Numbered from the whole stretch's first letter, positions 46,900 to 58,739 are shown. The stretch: DNA of 63,972 bases, filler included, from Globobulimina sp. (GCA_003354225.1; 24 parts of 24 records of this genome joined end to end with filler, not necessarily neighbours in it), one strand, 5' to 3'. A program made the numbers and translations. The notes: generated by a model from the letters alone, not told the origin.

Positions 46900-47156
46900 A
46901 CGATATAAATTATATGCTATTTAACGATTAACGATTTAAAACATGAAACAGTCAGAAAGGATAGTCGTTGGATGAAAAACATTGTTAAAACTTGTGTTGT
47001 TTGTCGTATATTATATACAAGCTATTTGGTCTGAAATTGTGCTTTGTGTGATTTGTCAATATTTGAATTAAGTTTGAACATGTTTTTAAATTGTTGTGTT
47101 TTTTTAAAAAAATATAAAATATTCATGCTTTCCTCCTCTTCTATCGACTTATAAAT

Positions 47157-47969
47157 ATGGCAGAAAATATCTACAGGCAATATATTGAAGAATTTGGTTG
47201 CAAGCCAAAGAAACCCGAACATTTGATATCATTCTCCAAAAAAAAGGGATGTAAACTATCATGGAAAGATGCAAAGTATCTTTTGACAAATGGTGCCATC
47301 GCTGACAATAATAACATTAAACCGCATATTGACGTTTCAACGACAAAAATGAATATCCAAATTCAGCAAACAAGAAATAAAAATATACAGAACATTGCTT
47401 CAAATAACTCACATTCTTATTGCTATTGTGGTAAAATTATGAAACGACATCCCGATGACACAGCAAAGCAGCCCCGTTGCTGTCAAAATTGCTATGATTT
47501 ATACCCAAATTGTGATTTATATTGGTGTTTAGACGTTGAATGTGATCACATTAGAACCAATAGTTTCGGGTTTGCTGTTTGCTATCAATGCCTACAGAGA
47601 TTAAAGGGTCCACCAAAGCACTCTTCAGAATTATTAAAACTGTCCCTGGATATTACTAGTTAATTAATTTATTTTTGTGTGATTTTATTTTTCCAGCCAA
47701 CTATAAAAAACTAAAAAAAAAGAAATGAAAATGGCAGAAAAGAAACAAAAGCATCAACATATTAATGAGTATTTGATACGTGCTGAAATTTCACAACAAA
47801 AAGTTACAAACTGTTGAGTTTTTGATATGTCCACTCTCTGTTTTTGTATATAACTGTTTTTATAGATTTCAAGAAATCAGAATTTTCCAAGTCCGTACAT
47901 AATGAATTGGTTCAATGCTACCAGAATATAAAAAATGGTGCTTTACAGTACATCCAAGCTTCAATAGAT
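47157..47969 (+). CDS. Hypothetical Cys-cluster protein, probably multi-exon, 3'-truncated
   Basis: ORF 47157-47663 has CYCG, CQNC, C..ECDH and CYQC motifs. GTT..CAG and GTT..TAG introns can extend the frame to the contig end. Confidence 0.5.
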
Positions 47970-48637
47970 NNNNNNNNNNNNNNNNNNNNNNNNNNNNNNN
48001 NNNNNNNNNNNNNTTAATTAATTAANNNNNNNNNNNNNNNNNNNNNNNNNNNNNNNNNNNNNNNNNNNNAAAATTCTAGGTCGTAAAATGTGGGTCACCC
48101 ATCGCCAAGGGGATTCGGCAAACGCTTGTATGGGATATGCTCTTACTTCTTATAGTGTCTATTTCTTGGGAATACAGCTTTTAGATCCCCTCCTGGATGT
48201 TTGTTGCGATGGAACCATATTCAATTTGTTTTATACGCAGTGAGAATATTGATGAATATTAAATGAAATGTTATACTTTTTTTCCAAGAGACCATTAAAA
48301 ACTATGGAATCTATGAACTTAAATTTAATAAATAGTTTTCAATCAAACGTTAACCACACATACAAAGTCGAACTTATTACAGGCAAAGAACAAAAAACAA
48401 AAACGTGTTTGGTATTATTAAAATTAAACGTTAAAATTAAACTTATTTGCAATATTATTAATGTTTAATACTAATATTAAACTATTAATTTTATTAAAAA
48501 AAACAATTATGGGGATTTCGAAATTGAATTCGTGAAATCCGTAATTGTTATAACACACTACACACACAAACAAAAAAGGAACATACAAAAATAAATTATA
48601 TAAATATATATTGCTTTTATACATTAATATTCGTTAT

Positions 48638-49705
48638 CTATTGATCGGCCATTGGTGTTCCGTCAGAAGTGGATATTTGAAGAGTGGATGTTTGCGAAGT
48701 TGACTGTGTTTGGACAGCTACTACCTTGGGTTCTAACTGCATAGTTTTATCAATATTTTTCTCATCATTTGTCGAAAGTCCTCGCACAATAACTCCCTCA
48801 AAACATTTACAACAGAAAGCACTGCATTTATCACACCGCAATGAACGAAAATGCTCCGGATCCGTTGATAAAAATATTATAAATAATGTGATGCCTTGGT
48901 TTGACACAACCAACGCCTGGCCCACCAATGGCAAAACCATCGATAATAAAAAGCTTAAAATCGTGCAAGACACCATTGTCGTAATCAGCATTGTTTGGTT
49001 TTTCATTAAATTAATTAATTCCAACTGGAATGTTTGTATTTCGCTATCTTTTTTCACCAAATACGTAAAAAATTTTAATAAGCTATATAATTTTTTTACA
49101 AATAGATAGCAAACAGTTAAATTGCTCGAAAAAAAGGCAAGCATCGCTAGTGCCATTATGAATTTTGTTTCTTTGTGTTCCATGGCGGTCAAAACACAGC
49201 TGACGCCATTTCCGTTGGTGTCGGCAGATCCGGTGAATACATTTATTGGTGGCACGTGATTCTGAGCCACCATCCACGTCCCAATGGTCATAGGAATACA
49301 CCACATAACACCAAAGAAAATAATATAAAAATAATAGAAACAACGCGATAATCGAAATTGCGAATTCGTAGCAAAGACTTTACTTAATCGGGTGATGAAA
49401 AATATTATTATCGCTAAATTATTAGTGGTATAAAGGAAAATTCCTAATGCATTTAATGCGTCGCATACAGGCTGCTGTGATGGTACACTATCTCCAAATA
49501 TTGGTAATGCCACTAAACGCAATAAATTGTTACAATGCACCAAGACCATTGACACAAAAATTATACCTAATTGAACACGAACAGAATTTGAATGCTTGGT
49601 TTTTCTGAATCGTCGAAATAAAATTGCTGTTAATATGATGTCGCATAATAATACAATGGCTGTTATCGTAGTATCACTGATCCATTGAAGATAGGTGCTT
49701 GACAT
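48638..49705 (-). CDS. 7TM GPCR-like membrane protein
   Basis: About 7 TM helices, TM3 C...IIIFFITRL, TM5 YLFVKKL and a Cys cluster after TM7. Confidence 0.75.
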   Translation of the reverse strand: MSSTYLQWISDTTITAIVLLCDIILTAILFRRFRKTKHSNSVRVQLGIIFVSMVLVHCNNLLRLVALPIFGDSVPSQQPVCDALNALGIFLYTTNNLAIIIFFITRLSKVFATNSQFRLSRCFYYFYIIFFGVMWCIPMTIGTWMVAQNHVPPINVFTGSADTNGNGVSCVLTAMEHKETKFIMALAMLAFFSSNLTVCYLFVKKLYSLLKFFTYLVKKDSEIQTFQLELINLMKNQTMLITTMVSCTILSFLLSMVLPLVGQALVVSNQGITLFIIFLSTDPEHFRSLRCDKCSAFCCKCFEGVIVRGLSTNDEKNIDKTMQLEPKVVAVQTQSTSQTSTLQISTSDGTPMADQ

Positions 49706-49973
49706 TATGCGTAGTAAAGTAGAAAGAGACTGGTTAGTTTATTTTGAGAAAACTTCAATATCTTAAGGAGTTTCATTGAAATATAATTTGCAATTATAGT
49801 ATACATTTGATTTTGGGCAACAGTAATGATGGCTATAGCAAGTAGCTTCTTGTGTGCCATGGTTTTAAATATATATTAAAACCAGTCGAAAAATACAACT
49901 TCACCATTTTCCACAGTTTGCATGGTGTTTGCCAACTTTCCACTGCAATCTCATTAGAAAAACGATCGAATCC

Positions 49974-50546
49974 ATGACAGATTTAGACGAAAAACAATTT
50001 CAAGCCTGCTGTTCATACGATTTGTACAGAATACCTGTGAAATCAGTCAAGGACATGAACATCAACCGCAATGGCGATAAAGTCTCGCATGGCTGCATTG
50101 TTGGCTGTCCTAAAGACAAAAACTATAAGGAAAACCCAATCGAGATCTTTTCAAAGTTGTCCGCTTACAACATTACCTATGGGACATTCATTTTTATCCG
50201 GAATTGGAACGACATGAAGCAATTCCAGAGCGACGTCAACAAAGATACATTATTTTACTATCTCAAATTAGCGCATCGCAAAGACTTCATAGTATTTAGT
50301 ATGCGCACCAAGGACCTCTTCAATATCTGCATCAATGTGACCAAGATCTCCATGGAGCACATCTATGAATGGCGCAAATACGAATTCAGCTCAGATGCCA
50401 GCACTTCCATTGCAACGCAGCATATGCAAATGCAGCAGAAACAGGGCAACAAACTCCACAATGCGTCAACGTATCCGATTGCGCAAACGCAGCAGCACAC
50501 AAACACCAAAAATGGCTATCCATTGCCGAAACATTACGCCAATTGA
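49974..50546 (+). CDS. Hypothetical protein whose stop falls inside the edge of an interspersed repeat
   Basis: About 190-aa ORF. The terminating TGA lies in the AATTGAC start of the repeat at 50541. Confidence 0.5.
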   Translation: MTDLDEKQFQACCSYDLYRIPVKSVKDMNINRNGDKVSHGCIVGCPKDKNYKENPIEIFSKLSAYNITYGTFIFIRNWNDMKQFQSDVNKDTLFYYLKLAHRKDFIVFSMRTKDLFNICINVTKISMEHIYEWRKYEFSSDASTSIATQHMQMQQKQGNKLHNASTYPIAQTQQHTNTKNGYPLPKHYAN

Positions 50547-50637
50547 CTTTGGCCAACTAAGTGATTTTCGAGACCGTTACATTTCATGTCTCCAATGTCT
50601 ACACTTGTCTTTTAGATTGGCGATCCTAAATATGATT
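50541..50637. repeat. Interspersed repeat copy (shared with 5080-5167)
   Basis: ccaactaagtgattttcgagaccgttacatttcatgtct...acacttgtcttttagattggcgatcctaaatatgatt, identical apart from a 9-nt indel and a few substitutions. Confidence 0.9.
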
Positions 50638-50737
50638 NNNNNNNNNNNNNNNNNNNNNNNNNNNNNNNNNNNNNNNNNNNNTTAATTAATTAANNNNNNN
50701 NNNNNNNNNNNNNNNNNNNNNNNNNNNNNNNNNNNNN

Positions 50738-51450
50738 GTTTGTGTTGCTTGTTCCAAGAAATCGAAATTTCTCAGTATCTGTTCCATGGCATGCTGTTGT
50801 ATTACAATTTGCTCCAATGAGTATGTTAAATCTTCATTATCTCTGCAAATTTGCTCAAATGTGCCGCCATAATTTTTCTCAATTATGCTTCTGATTTCCT
50901 CCACTAATTCTTTGACGGAACGCTTGATATGAAACACTTTGGAATTGACACGTAACGTTCCATGCTCATGCACGGTAATCTCAGTATTGTTGAGTCCATA
51001 GTCATCTTTACGTAAAAGGTTGATTAGCTTTTGCAGATCTTTTCCGTTCACTGTTAATTGTTTGCCTTTTCGTTGCGGAGAATAAGTAAAGCATTCTTGA
51101 ATGTGTTTTATTGCCTTCATTGTTGCTTTCTGGGTTAATAAAATTCCTTTAATTGCTCTGCTTTCATCTGTGATGGCACGCAGTCGTTGTTGATAATTAT
51201 GAACGGACATTTGGTGATTTTCGTTTTCATTTTCTGATAATTGCAGTTTTCTTTGCTGTTTAGCATTGTTGTTTTTGCTGATTTGGCTAATGATATCGTT
51301 CATATTTACAACTTGTGACTGTATGTAATTCACCACAGAATCTTGTCTCTCCCCAGCTGATTGGTTGAAGTCAATTGGTATTACTCTACGTACTGAGGTC
51401 TGGCCTGATGAGATTACCGCAAGTAAGGACACAATAATTTGAAGTGGCAT
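50738..51450 (-). CDS. Secreted helical hypothetical protein, 3'-truncated
   Basis: Signal peptide MPLQIIVSLLAVISSG; frame open to the contig end. Confidence 0.6.
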
Positions 51451-51581
51451 ACTGTTAATGATAATTTACCATAACAATGCTTTGTATTTAATTTTTTCGA
51501 TGACAGTGTGCGAAAAAGCGTAGGAGTGGAATATCCGCAAGCAGCTGCAATAAAAATAAATCTGAAAAACTTTCCAAATTG

Positions 51582-52607
51582 ATGACTACACTTAATTCCT
51601 GGAGGAAGTCCATGGAAGTAAGACAAAAACAAAGTTGCTTTATCGTGCTGTGTTGTTTATCGTTATTGAATGTACCGATATATTTTAACGTCCATGCATT
51701 TGATATCAATATATTTAATTTCTATGATTCTGTTCATATTATTAATACACCAAAAATAATCCAGCTCAAAGGTGGAATTGAAAAAAATATCTGGCAAACT
51801 TGGTTTAATCATGAAATGCTACCACATCATGAAAAAATGAGAGACCTCAACCCATCGTATAATTATCATTTATTAAATGATTCTGAAGTTTATCATTTTA
51901 TGAAATATGAATTAAATCAAAACCTTTGGTCAAATGTAAGCAGAGCTTTTTTTATGATTAATGCGGTAATGGGAGCAGTTCGAACTGATGTTTTTCGGTT
52001 TGCGATATTATGGCAATATGGTGGCGTATATGTTGATTATGATAGCTGTTGTAATCGAGCATTTGATGCATGGATAGGTCCCAATGATACCGCATATATC
52101 AGTGCCACTGCCAATAAAGTCCAGATTCGATTCAATACATCGCGATCGAATACAAACTCAACAAACGCAACAAACGAATTAGAAATAATCGACACTTACA
52201 GGCAATCTCAATGGGTTTTAGTTTTTCAATCAAAGCATCCTTTTATTACGAAGCAACTCGAGATAATAACACAGCGAATATTCCATTTTGAGGGCAAAAC
52301 ATTGTTACAGATAAAAAACGAACTGAAAAAAAGACAACTCGTCCCTCAAAGTTATAGAATCTCTGTCAACGATATTGTTGCTTATATCACGGGGGCCACG
52401 GCATACTCAGAGGCGATACATTTGGTTATCAATTCAAATAAATATAATCCAACCAATCTGTATAAAAGAATGCCGAACGAACAGTGGGGAGGCAAATGCA
52501 CCCCAAAATGTATACAAAATTCACAAAATGTATACAAAACAAAGCATTGGCCTTTATATTCACAAAACGACTTTATATTAATTTCCAATTCCAATTCGAC
52601 CATATAA
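51582..52607 (+). CDS. GT32/OCH1-like DXD glycosyltransferase (type II membrane)
   Basis: N-terminal anchor, IEKNIWQTW, NPSYNYHLLND, AVRTDVFRFAILWQYGGVYVDYD, HPFI, YITG. Confidence 0.9.
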   Translation: MTTLNSWRKSMEVRQKQSCFIVLCCLSLLNVPIYFNVHAFDINIFNFYDSVHIINTPKIIQLKGGIEKNIWQTWFNHEMLPHHEKMRDLNPSYNYHLLNDSEVYHFMKYELNQNLWSNVSRAFFMINAVMGAVRTDVFRFAILWQYGGVYVDYDSCCNRAFDAWIGPNDTAYISATANKVQIRFNTSRSNTNSTNATNELEIIDTYRQSQWVLVFQSKHPFITKQLEIITQRIFHFEGKTLLQIKNELKKRQLVPQSYRISVNDIVAYITGATAYSEAIHLVINSNKYNPTNLYKRMPNEQWGGKCTPKCIQNSQNVYKTKHWPLYSQNDFILISNSNSTI

Positions 52608-52950
52608 TAATTATATTCATTACATGTACTTTCTATTATTCCTTACTTTAATTTAATTATTCCTTACTTTCTATTTTTGAGTGGTTCTTTCTTAGTGTGA
52701 ACTTTATGTTTTCTTTAATTAATTTACAAAACTCAAATTTTAGTGTTCTCAAAGGTCATTGTTTAGACCGAGACGTAACAGCAATTTATTCAAACAGACT
52801 TTATTGATATCTTTTTCTCTATTGCATGAAAAGCAGTTTTACCAAAAAATCACCCAGTTTACGTGGCCTAGAGACAGTAAAATAGAAACGTTTTAAGAAT
52901 TTGTACATGTAGTAAAATCTAAAACGTTTCTTTTATAATAAATAAAAAAA

Positions 52951-53022
52951 TGTGATGATTGGGATTTGAACCCATATCTTCTTTAATAAGATCATCACAA
53001 TTAGTCATTTTTGCATCATCAC
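52951..53022 (-). pseudogene. 72-nt tRNA-like element with intact acceptor stem and T-arm, followed by a T7 run
   Basis: 7-bp stem GTGATGA/TCATCAC, T-arm TGGG-TTCAAAT-CCCA, discriminator A and TTTTTTT downstream. The anticodon arm does not pair. Confidence 0.5.
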
Positions 53023-53034
53023 CTAATTCACATT

Positions 53035-53305
53035 CAGATAAAAATCATAAAATCGATATGGGCGACTGCGTCGCCGCCAGAAATACCAAAAATAAATAAA
53101 ATATCCACTGATGAGGCGGCTGCGCCGCCATAGACACTAAAAATAAATAAAATATGACGAGGCGGCTTCGCCGCCATAAACACCAAAAATAAACAGAATA
53201 TCCACTGATGAGGCGGCTTCGCCGCCATAGATACCAAAATAAATAGAATATGATACCATAGAGGCGGCTTCGCCGCCATAAATACCAAAATAAATAAAAT
53301 ATGAT
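53035..53305. repeat. Tandem array (46-54 bp period, 5 copies) of GC-rich 6-bp hairpins with GNA triloops
   Basis: GGCGRC-T(T/G)C-GYCGCC at 53061, 53115, 53161, 53212 and 53263, separated by related A-rich linkers. Confidence 0.9.
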
Positions 53306-53405
53306 NNNNNNNNNNNNNNNNNNNNNNNNNNNNNNNNNNNNNNNNNNNNTTAATTAATTAANNNNNNNNNNNNNNNNNNNNNNNNNNNNNNNNNNNNNNN
53401 NNNNN

Positions 53406-53757
53406 CATACACTTTATTTGGTGCATTGTTGTTTGAATTCAAAATGGACGACATTTTATTGCATAATTTAAAATAATTAATCTTTTGAGGTATTTTATAT
53501 TTTATTACATTTGTAATAACGTTTTTGTTTTTGAGAAAATTAATTATTTCTTTATTTTGATTATTTGATAATAAATATATTAATCCACATTGTTTCAGTT
53601 TTTGTTGAATTATTGATGCATCGATTAACACGAAATCACTTGAATTAAATACTTCGACTGCTTGGGTTTGACTTTCAAGTATTGAGAGTGTTAAACAATG
53701 CAACGGGTGACTGGGATCTGATGGATCTATTGTTTGGCCTATCTCTGATTGTGTCAT
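53406..53757 (-). CDS. Hypothetical protein, 5' part
   Basis: ATG-initiated ORF open to the contig end. Confidence 0.4.
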
Positions 53758-54110
53758 GTTTTAATAATCATAAAGGGGTTGGAAAAGTGTTCTATTTTTT
53801 CTATCCTCGCACATAAAAGGGGCTCTTCCAACAAATTGTACACTGAGTGCGAGGATACAAAAAATAGAACACTTCTGGAGAAATGACCGCATGCTCTTTC
53901 CAGAAATTTCAAACATGTATAAAAATAATATGAATAAATATCAAATATTAATATATCAATACGGATATGCATTGATAATAACTTGAGAGAGTAAAAAAAA
54001 AGTAACAAAAACAAGAGAATTTAAGAGAGTATAAAAAAATTACAACAAAAAAATATAATAAAAAAAGAGCTACGTTATACATTATATGTTTACAAATTTA
54101 AAATTTATTT

Positions 54111-55401
54111 TTATTTAATATCAAAAGTGTCGTTGGTTTTAATATCATCTTTTTGCATATCTGTGCAATGCTTAATATTATTTTCAATCTTTATTTTTGT
54201 TGGTTTTCGTTTTTTTGTCAAAGTAATAACATCATTGAACCACATTGAATTATAAATTTGTTTTGAATTCCATCTTGCAGTGGGATTAAATCTTAACATT
54301 CCGGCACAAAGCAATGTAAATAATTCCATCGAAATAATCTGTTTTGAATAAAGCGTTTCTAAAAATCTGGTTAAATATAATTGTCCGCCGCAGATTATCT
54401 TATTCAAATACCATTCTTTTCTGATTTTATTCCTTAATTTCTGACCTTTATTGCTTTTATCTGACGATAAAGAGGATAATAATTTTTCTGTTCGTTCATG
54501 TAACTCAAATGGTTGATATCCTATCAATAATTTTAAAATAACTAAACCAAATGACCAGATATCTGCGGCAAACGTCACTTTGTTTGCTTTTTTTCTCACA
54601 TCAATTTCAGGAGCACTCCTACATAGAAACAGTGTGTATGCACAATATACGGTACATAGTAACAGGGCATATATCGGAGACATACCAGCCGATCATTTTA
54701 TTGTCGACAGCAGCATTTAATTTGGTATCATTGGTGGCAATGTGGTTAAACCCAATTAATTTCCATCCGTTTTTAATGACATGATGCAATTTATTTGCTT
54801 CATTTTCCCATTTGTTGCAATCGCGTAACATTATATGCGACGGCATGATCTGTGTATGGACATAGTTATTATTGTGCAAAATCCATATTTTATCTAAAAT
54901 TTGGAGAGCAATGTGTTTGACATAAATTTCGCGTTTTTGATGATAATCTTTGTCAATATTCTTGGCCAAAATTGAATTGTTTGGGTTATTTATTAAAAGA
55001 GAGGCTAATGATTTATGTAAACGCTCCATTACAATTAAAACAAATGATTGCTTTTTGGAATAAAAGATGCCTTCATACACTAATAAACAATTATTTGTGA
55101 TGCAAATGTATTGTTCCATCAAATGCCGTAATTGTTTCTTATTATGTGTATGTTTAAATATTTTGGCCATTGAGAGTTTGTTTTTATTTATTTGCGATTT
55201 GATTCCCCATATTTCAATATCTGATGTTTCGTAGAGTTTTTTCCATAATTTCCATTTAGAATTAAAATATTTTTCGTAATCTTGCATTGTTTTGCTGGAA
55301 TCGATAGAACATGCACGTGTTATTTCAGTATGACGTAAAATAGCACTTTTTTCTGATGCTTGTTTGGAAGCATTGATTGGAAATCCTATAAACGAGGACA
55401 T
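54111..55401 (-). CDS. Protein kinase-fold pseudokinase; intron 54619-54685
   Basis: MAKIF, LIVMERL, IALQIL...LHNNNYVHTQIMPSHIML, KLIGF, IGW|SAPE, ADIWSFG, GYQPF, MLRFNPTARW. Confidence 0.8.
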
Positions 55402-55448
55402 TATGTTTAATTAATATACGAAAGAAAACTTAGTTCCGTAGACCACAA

Positions 55449-55972
55449 ATGTCTTCGTCCTTGCACGAAAATCTATTTGATGCGAAGAGTCAGCACTGTT
55501 TAGCATATTGGTTAGATTCAAGCAATGTAGACCATTATCACATGCATATGATAGAAACGTGTGCCTGTGTAGCTTTAGTATTATTAATATTAATTTTTCT
55601 ACAATGCAAGAAATGGAACATGAAAAAGTTTTATTCATCAATGCCGGCGTCACTGCCATTGGGAGAAGACTGCTCTGTTCTATCTACAAACGAGCATATA
55701 CTTATGCATCACGAGCCATTATTGACAAACCCAAACACTCCCCATCACCAATATTACCATCAAAACATAGACCTATCACAAAATACCATTGAAATCCACA
55801 AAACCAGTGAAGAGACACAAAATGGTGATGAATGGTCATTGGGTAACAATGAAAACCATCCTGAACCCCACCCAGAGGAGCAAGATGATCTAAAATCATT
55901 TAACTCGCCTCCTTTCAGCCATTGCCCCACAAACCATGACCAACAACTCAATGGCAAACCATATGGCGATGC
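55449..55972 (+). CDS. Hypothetical single-TM protein, 3'-truncated
   Basis: TM ACVALVLLILIFLQC followed by a polar, disordered tail; frame open to the contig end. Confidence 0.5.
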
Positions 55973-56306
55973 NNNNNNNNNNNNNNNNNNNNNNNNNNNN
56001 NNNNNNNNNNNNNNNNTTAATTAATTAANNNNNNNNNNNNNNNNNNNNNNNNNNNNNNNNNNNNNNNNNNNNTATATTATATTAACATTTCATTTTGATC
56101 TAATTATTTTAAGTTTGGTGTTGTGTGCATTTGTCTATTCAAAATGCGTGTGTCTTTTTGAAGTCTTTACTAAAACTTTACTTCAACTTTTTGCTTCTTT
56201 TTCACTGACGTGATAACTCTGCAAAAACCTAAAACAACAAAAGAAACAAAAACCAAACACATAAACACAAAGCAACTTACAAACAGTCCTTATTTGTATT
56301 CAAATA

Positions 56307-58466
56307 ATGGATAATACTGAAAAACCTAAGAAAAGCAATAAAATTCAAAAAGGTTATCAATCAAATAATAATCACAATAAAAATAAAAAAGATAACAGCA
56401 ATCATAACAATACACATAGCATAGAAACAAATAATAAAAATAAAAACTTATCAACTAATCCCCCAAATCCCTTACAAGTAATATTAGCTGATACCCCTTA
56501 TTATAATATACATCTTAAAAATTTCCTAGATTTATTAAATAAAGAAGATATTCTAAATATTTCCAAGAAAAATTGGAAAATAAGTTTCGGTAAAGCGATT
56601 TTAAAATCATCAGTCCAAACCAAACCAGATTTATATTTTAATAAATGCGAATTATTAATAATGATTTATTTCGCCCAAATCAATAACAATTTTATTTGGT
56701 TTACAAATACATCTTCACGTTCGATTTTAGATTCGCTCAAATTATTTTTAAGAAATTGTTTTATGAGAGCCGATGTAGACTCACCTGCAAAAGTCCGTAA
56801 TCTCTCGGATTTAATATATTTATCATGCTCAGAATTTAAATCTGATAAATTCAATGAATTCAAAGATTCCCCTCAATTCTCCGGATATTCCGTTTTACGT
56901 CAATTTAATTGTATACTTTATTTAGATTCTTTGTCGTCAAAATCCATCAAAGGAAATACGTCTAGTTTACAAGATGAAGCTGCCACGGTAAATAATGAAT
57001 GTTTAGCGTTATACAAAGGTTTACAAACCTCACTACCTTCGCAGCTCTCATCCACTTTAAGTCCGACGCCAATCAATCAAAACCATAACAAAGCTGAAAT
57101 TGAGGATAACTCACAACATAATAATAGTAAACATGTACATTTTAATGATAATAATTTCTCAATGAATTTACCTCCTCAAATTGGCCAAAATGTACAAAAA
57201 TTAAATCATCCAAATCAAAACCTTCAAGCGTCAATTGACAAAGTATTAAATGATACAAATCCGAATAAAAATAACATTTTACAAAATACACAGACGCATA
57301 TTCCAAGTTTTCCGGCCATTGTTACAAATTTAGACAACTTATTTTCTTTGGATGAAGCTGCAAATTCAATCACTGATTTATTAAATAATATTGATCCTTA
57401 TCAACAACTTGTAAATGATAATGATGATAATTTCAATAATTTCATGGCTTCACTAAAAGCCGAGTCAAATAAAATGGATACTGTTCAAAATTATAATTCG
57501 CAGTTTAATATTGGCTCAGTTTTATCGTCAATTATTGCCAATGTTATTTTATTCAAATTTAATATCAATAATCCGCCCAAAAAACATGGCACAATAAAAG
57601 CGTTCATAAAATATATTGGCAATTTAGATGAATCAAATTTTAATCGCTTATATCCCAAAATGCAAAATTCTGTCAATAAAAATTTATTTCAAACCGGTAT
57701 AATAGATAAAAATGGCAATATTGTGAATTTAAGTAAATATATTACAACATTAACAGACCGATTAATCCCTAATACATTAATTAAAAACAATTCTCCCCTC
57801 AAAAACGCCAACAATTTTTCCAACGCCCCTAATATTTCTGAACCTCCTCCAAAACGAAGAAGATTATCCATTTCCCCACAAACTAGAATTAATACACAAC
57901 AAAATAGCACCACTCCAATAAATACACCCCAAAATACTTCAAATTCTCGTTTAGTTCGTCGACCACAAAATACTTTGATAGCGCCACAAAATAGCTCTGT
58001 TCGTCGACATCCAGCCCTTAATTTTAATAATAATCCACAAAATAATTCGCGTCCAATTAATTTATATCATAATTCCAATAATCGTACAAATATAACACCT
58101 CAACCAATCACAGTCGAGGACTTAACCACATTAAGAAATGATATGACGCGAGAATTTCAGAAACGATTCGAAGAAAACAAACGTCTCCAAAACTCCCGTA
58201 ATTATGCAAATAAACCAAAATTTGATTATAATAATGATGATCCGAATACTGTCGAATGCCTAGAAACTGTCAATCAAAATAAAATTACTGGATTTATTGT
58301 TGACAAACAAAAAAAACATGACCCCATTGTCGTAATGGTAGACCAAGTCGTTGCAAAACAGAAAAATAAAACAATCACCGAATTAAATACCTTATTAAAT
58401 ACTAAATATACCTCATCCGGTGTACGCATCACAAATAACGATGTTTTAACTGAATTAGAAAGTTAA
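56307..58466 (+). CDS. Asn-rich hypothetical protein, 719 aa, with NLS
   Basis: Long intronless ORF, PPPKRRRL NLS, G-poor coding strand. Confidence 0.65.
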   Translation: MDNTEKPKKSNKIQKGYQSNNNHNKNKKDNSNHNNTHSIETNNKNKNLSTNPPNPLQVILADTPYYNIHLKNFLDLLNKEDILNISKKNWKISFGKAILKSSVQTKPDLYFNKCELLIMIYFAQINNNFIWFTNTSSRSILDSLKLFLRNCFMRADVDSPAKVRNLSDLIYLSCSEFKSDKFNEFKDSPQFSGYSVLRQFNCILYLDSLSSKSIKGNTSSLQDEAATVNNECLALYKGLQTSLPSQLSSTLSPTPINQNHNKAEIEDNSQHNNSKHVHFNDNNFSMNLPPQIGQNVQKLNHPNQNLQASIDKVLNDTNPNKNNILQNTQTHIPSFPAIVTNLDNLFSLDEAANSITDLLNNIDPYQQLVNDNDDNFNNFMASLKAESNKMDTVQNYNSQFNIGSVLSSIIANVILFKFNINNPPKKHGTIKAFIKYIGNLDESNFNRLYPKMQNSVNKNLFQTGIIDKNGNIVNLSKYITTLTDRLIPNTLIKNNSPLKNANNFSNAPNISEPPPKRRRLSISPQTRINTQQNSTTPINTPQNTSNSRLVRRPQNTLIAPQNSSVRRHPALNFNNNPQNNSRPINLYHNSNNRTNITPQPITVEDLTTLRNDMTREFQKRFEENKRLQNSRNYANKPKFDYNNDDPNTVECLETVNQNKITGFIVDKQKKHDPIVVMVDQVVAKQKNKTITELNTLLNTKYTSSGVRITNNDVLTELES

Positions 58467-58739
58467 TTTCATTAAAGAACGATGCCTACTTTTTATGCGA
58501 ATGGTCCGTAGCGGGAAAGCTAAGAAATTATTTGAGGAAAAAAGTTTGGACCGAGCACATATTTAAATATTTTGTGCACTTATTATACACATAAAAATGA
58601 CGTCATCACTTGGATTCGAATAATTTGGATGCGAATAGTNNNNNNNNNNNNNNNNNNNNNNNNNNNNNNNNNNNNNNNNNNNNTTAATTAATTAANNNNN
58701 NNNNNNNNNNNNNNNNNNNNNNNNNNNNNNNNNNNNNNN

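Noticed and set aside
53034-53288. 84-aa ORF with MAAKPP repeats (likewise 38162-38359 and 39674-39958)
   Set aside because: These are largely translations of non-coding tandem repeats; 39674-39958 also overlaps the ATPase first exon in another frame.
53035-53305. CRISPR-like array of palindromic repeats
   Set aside because: The linkers are homologous to each other rather than unique spacers, the repeat core is only 15 bp, there are no cas genes and the context is eukaryotic.
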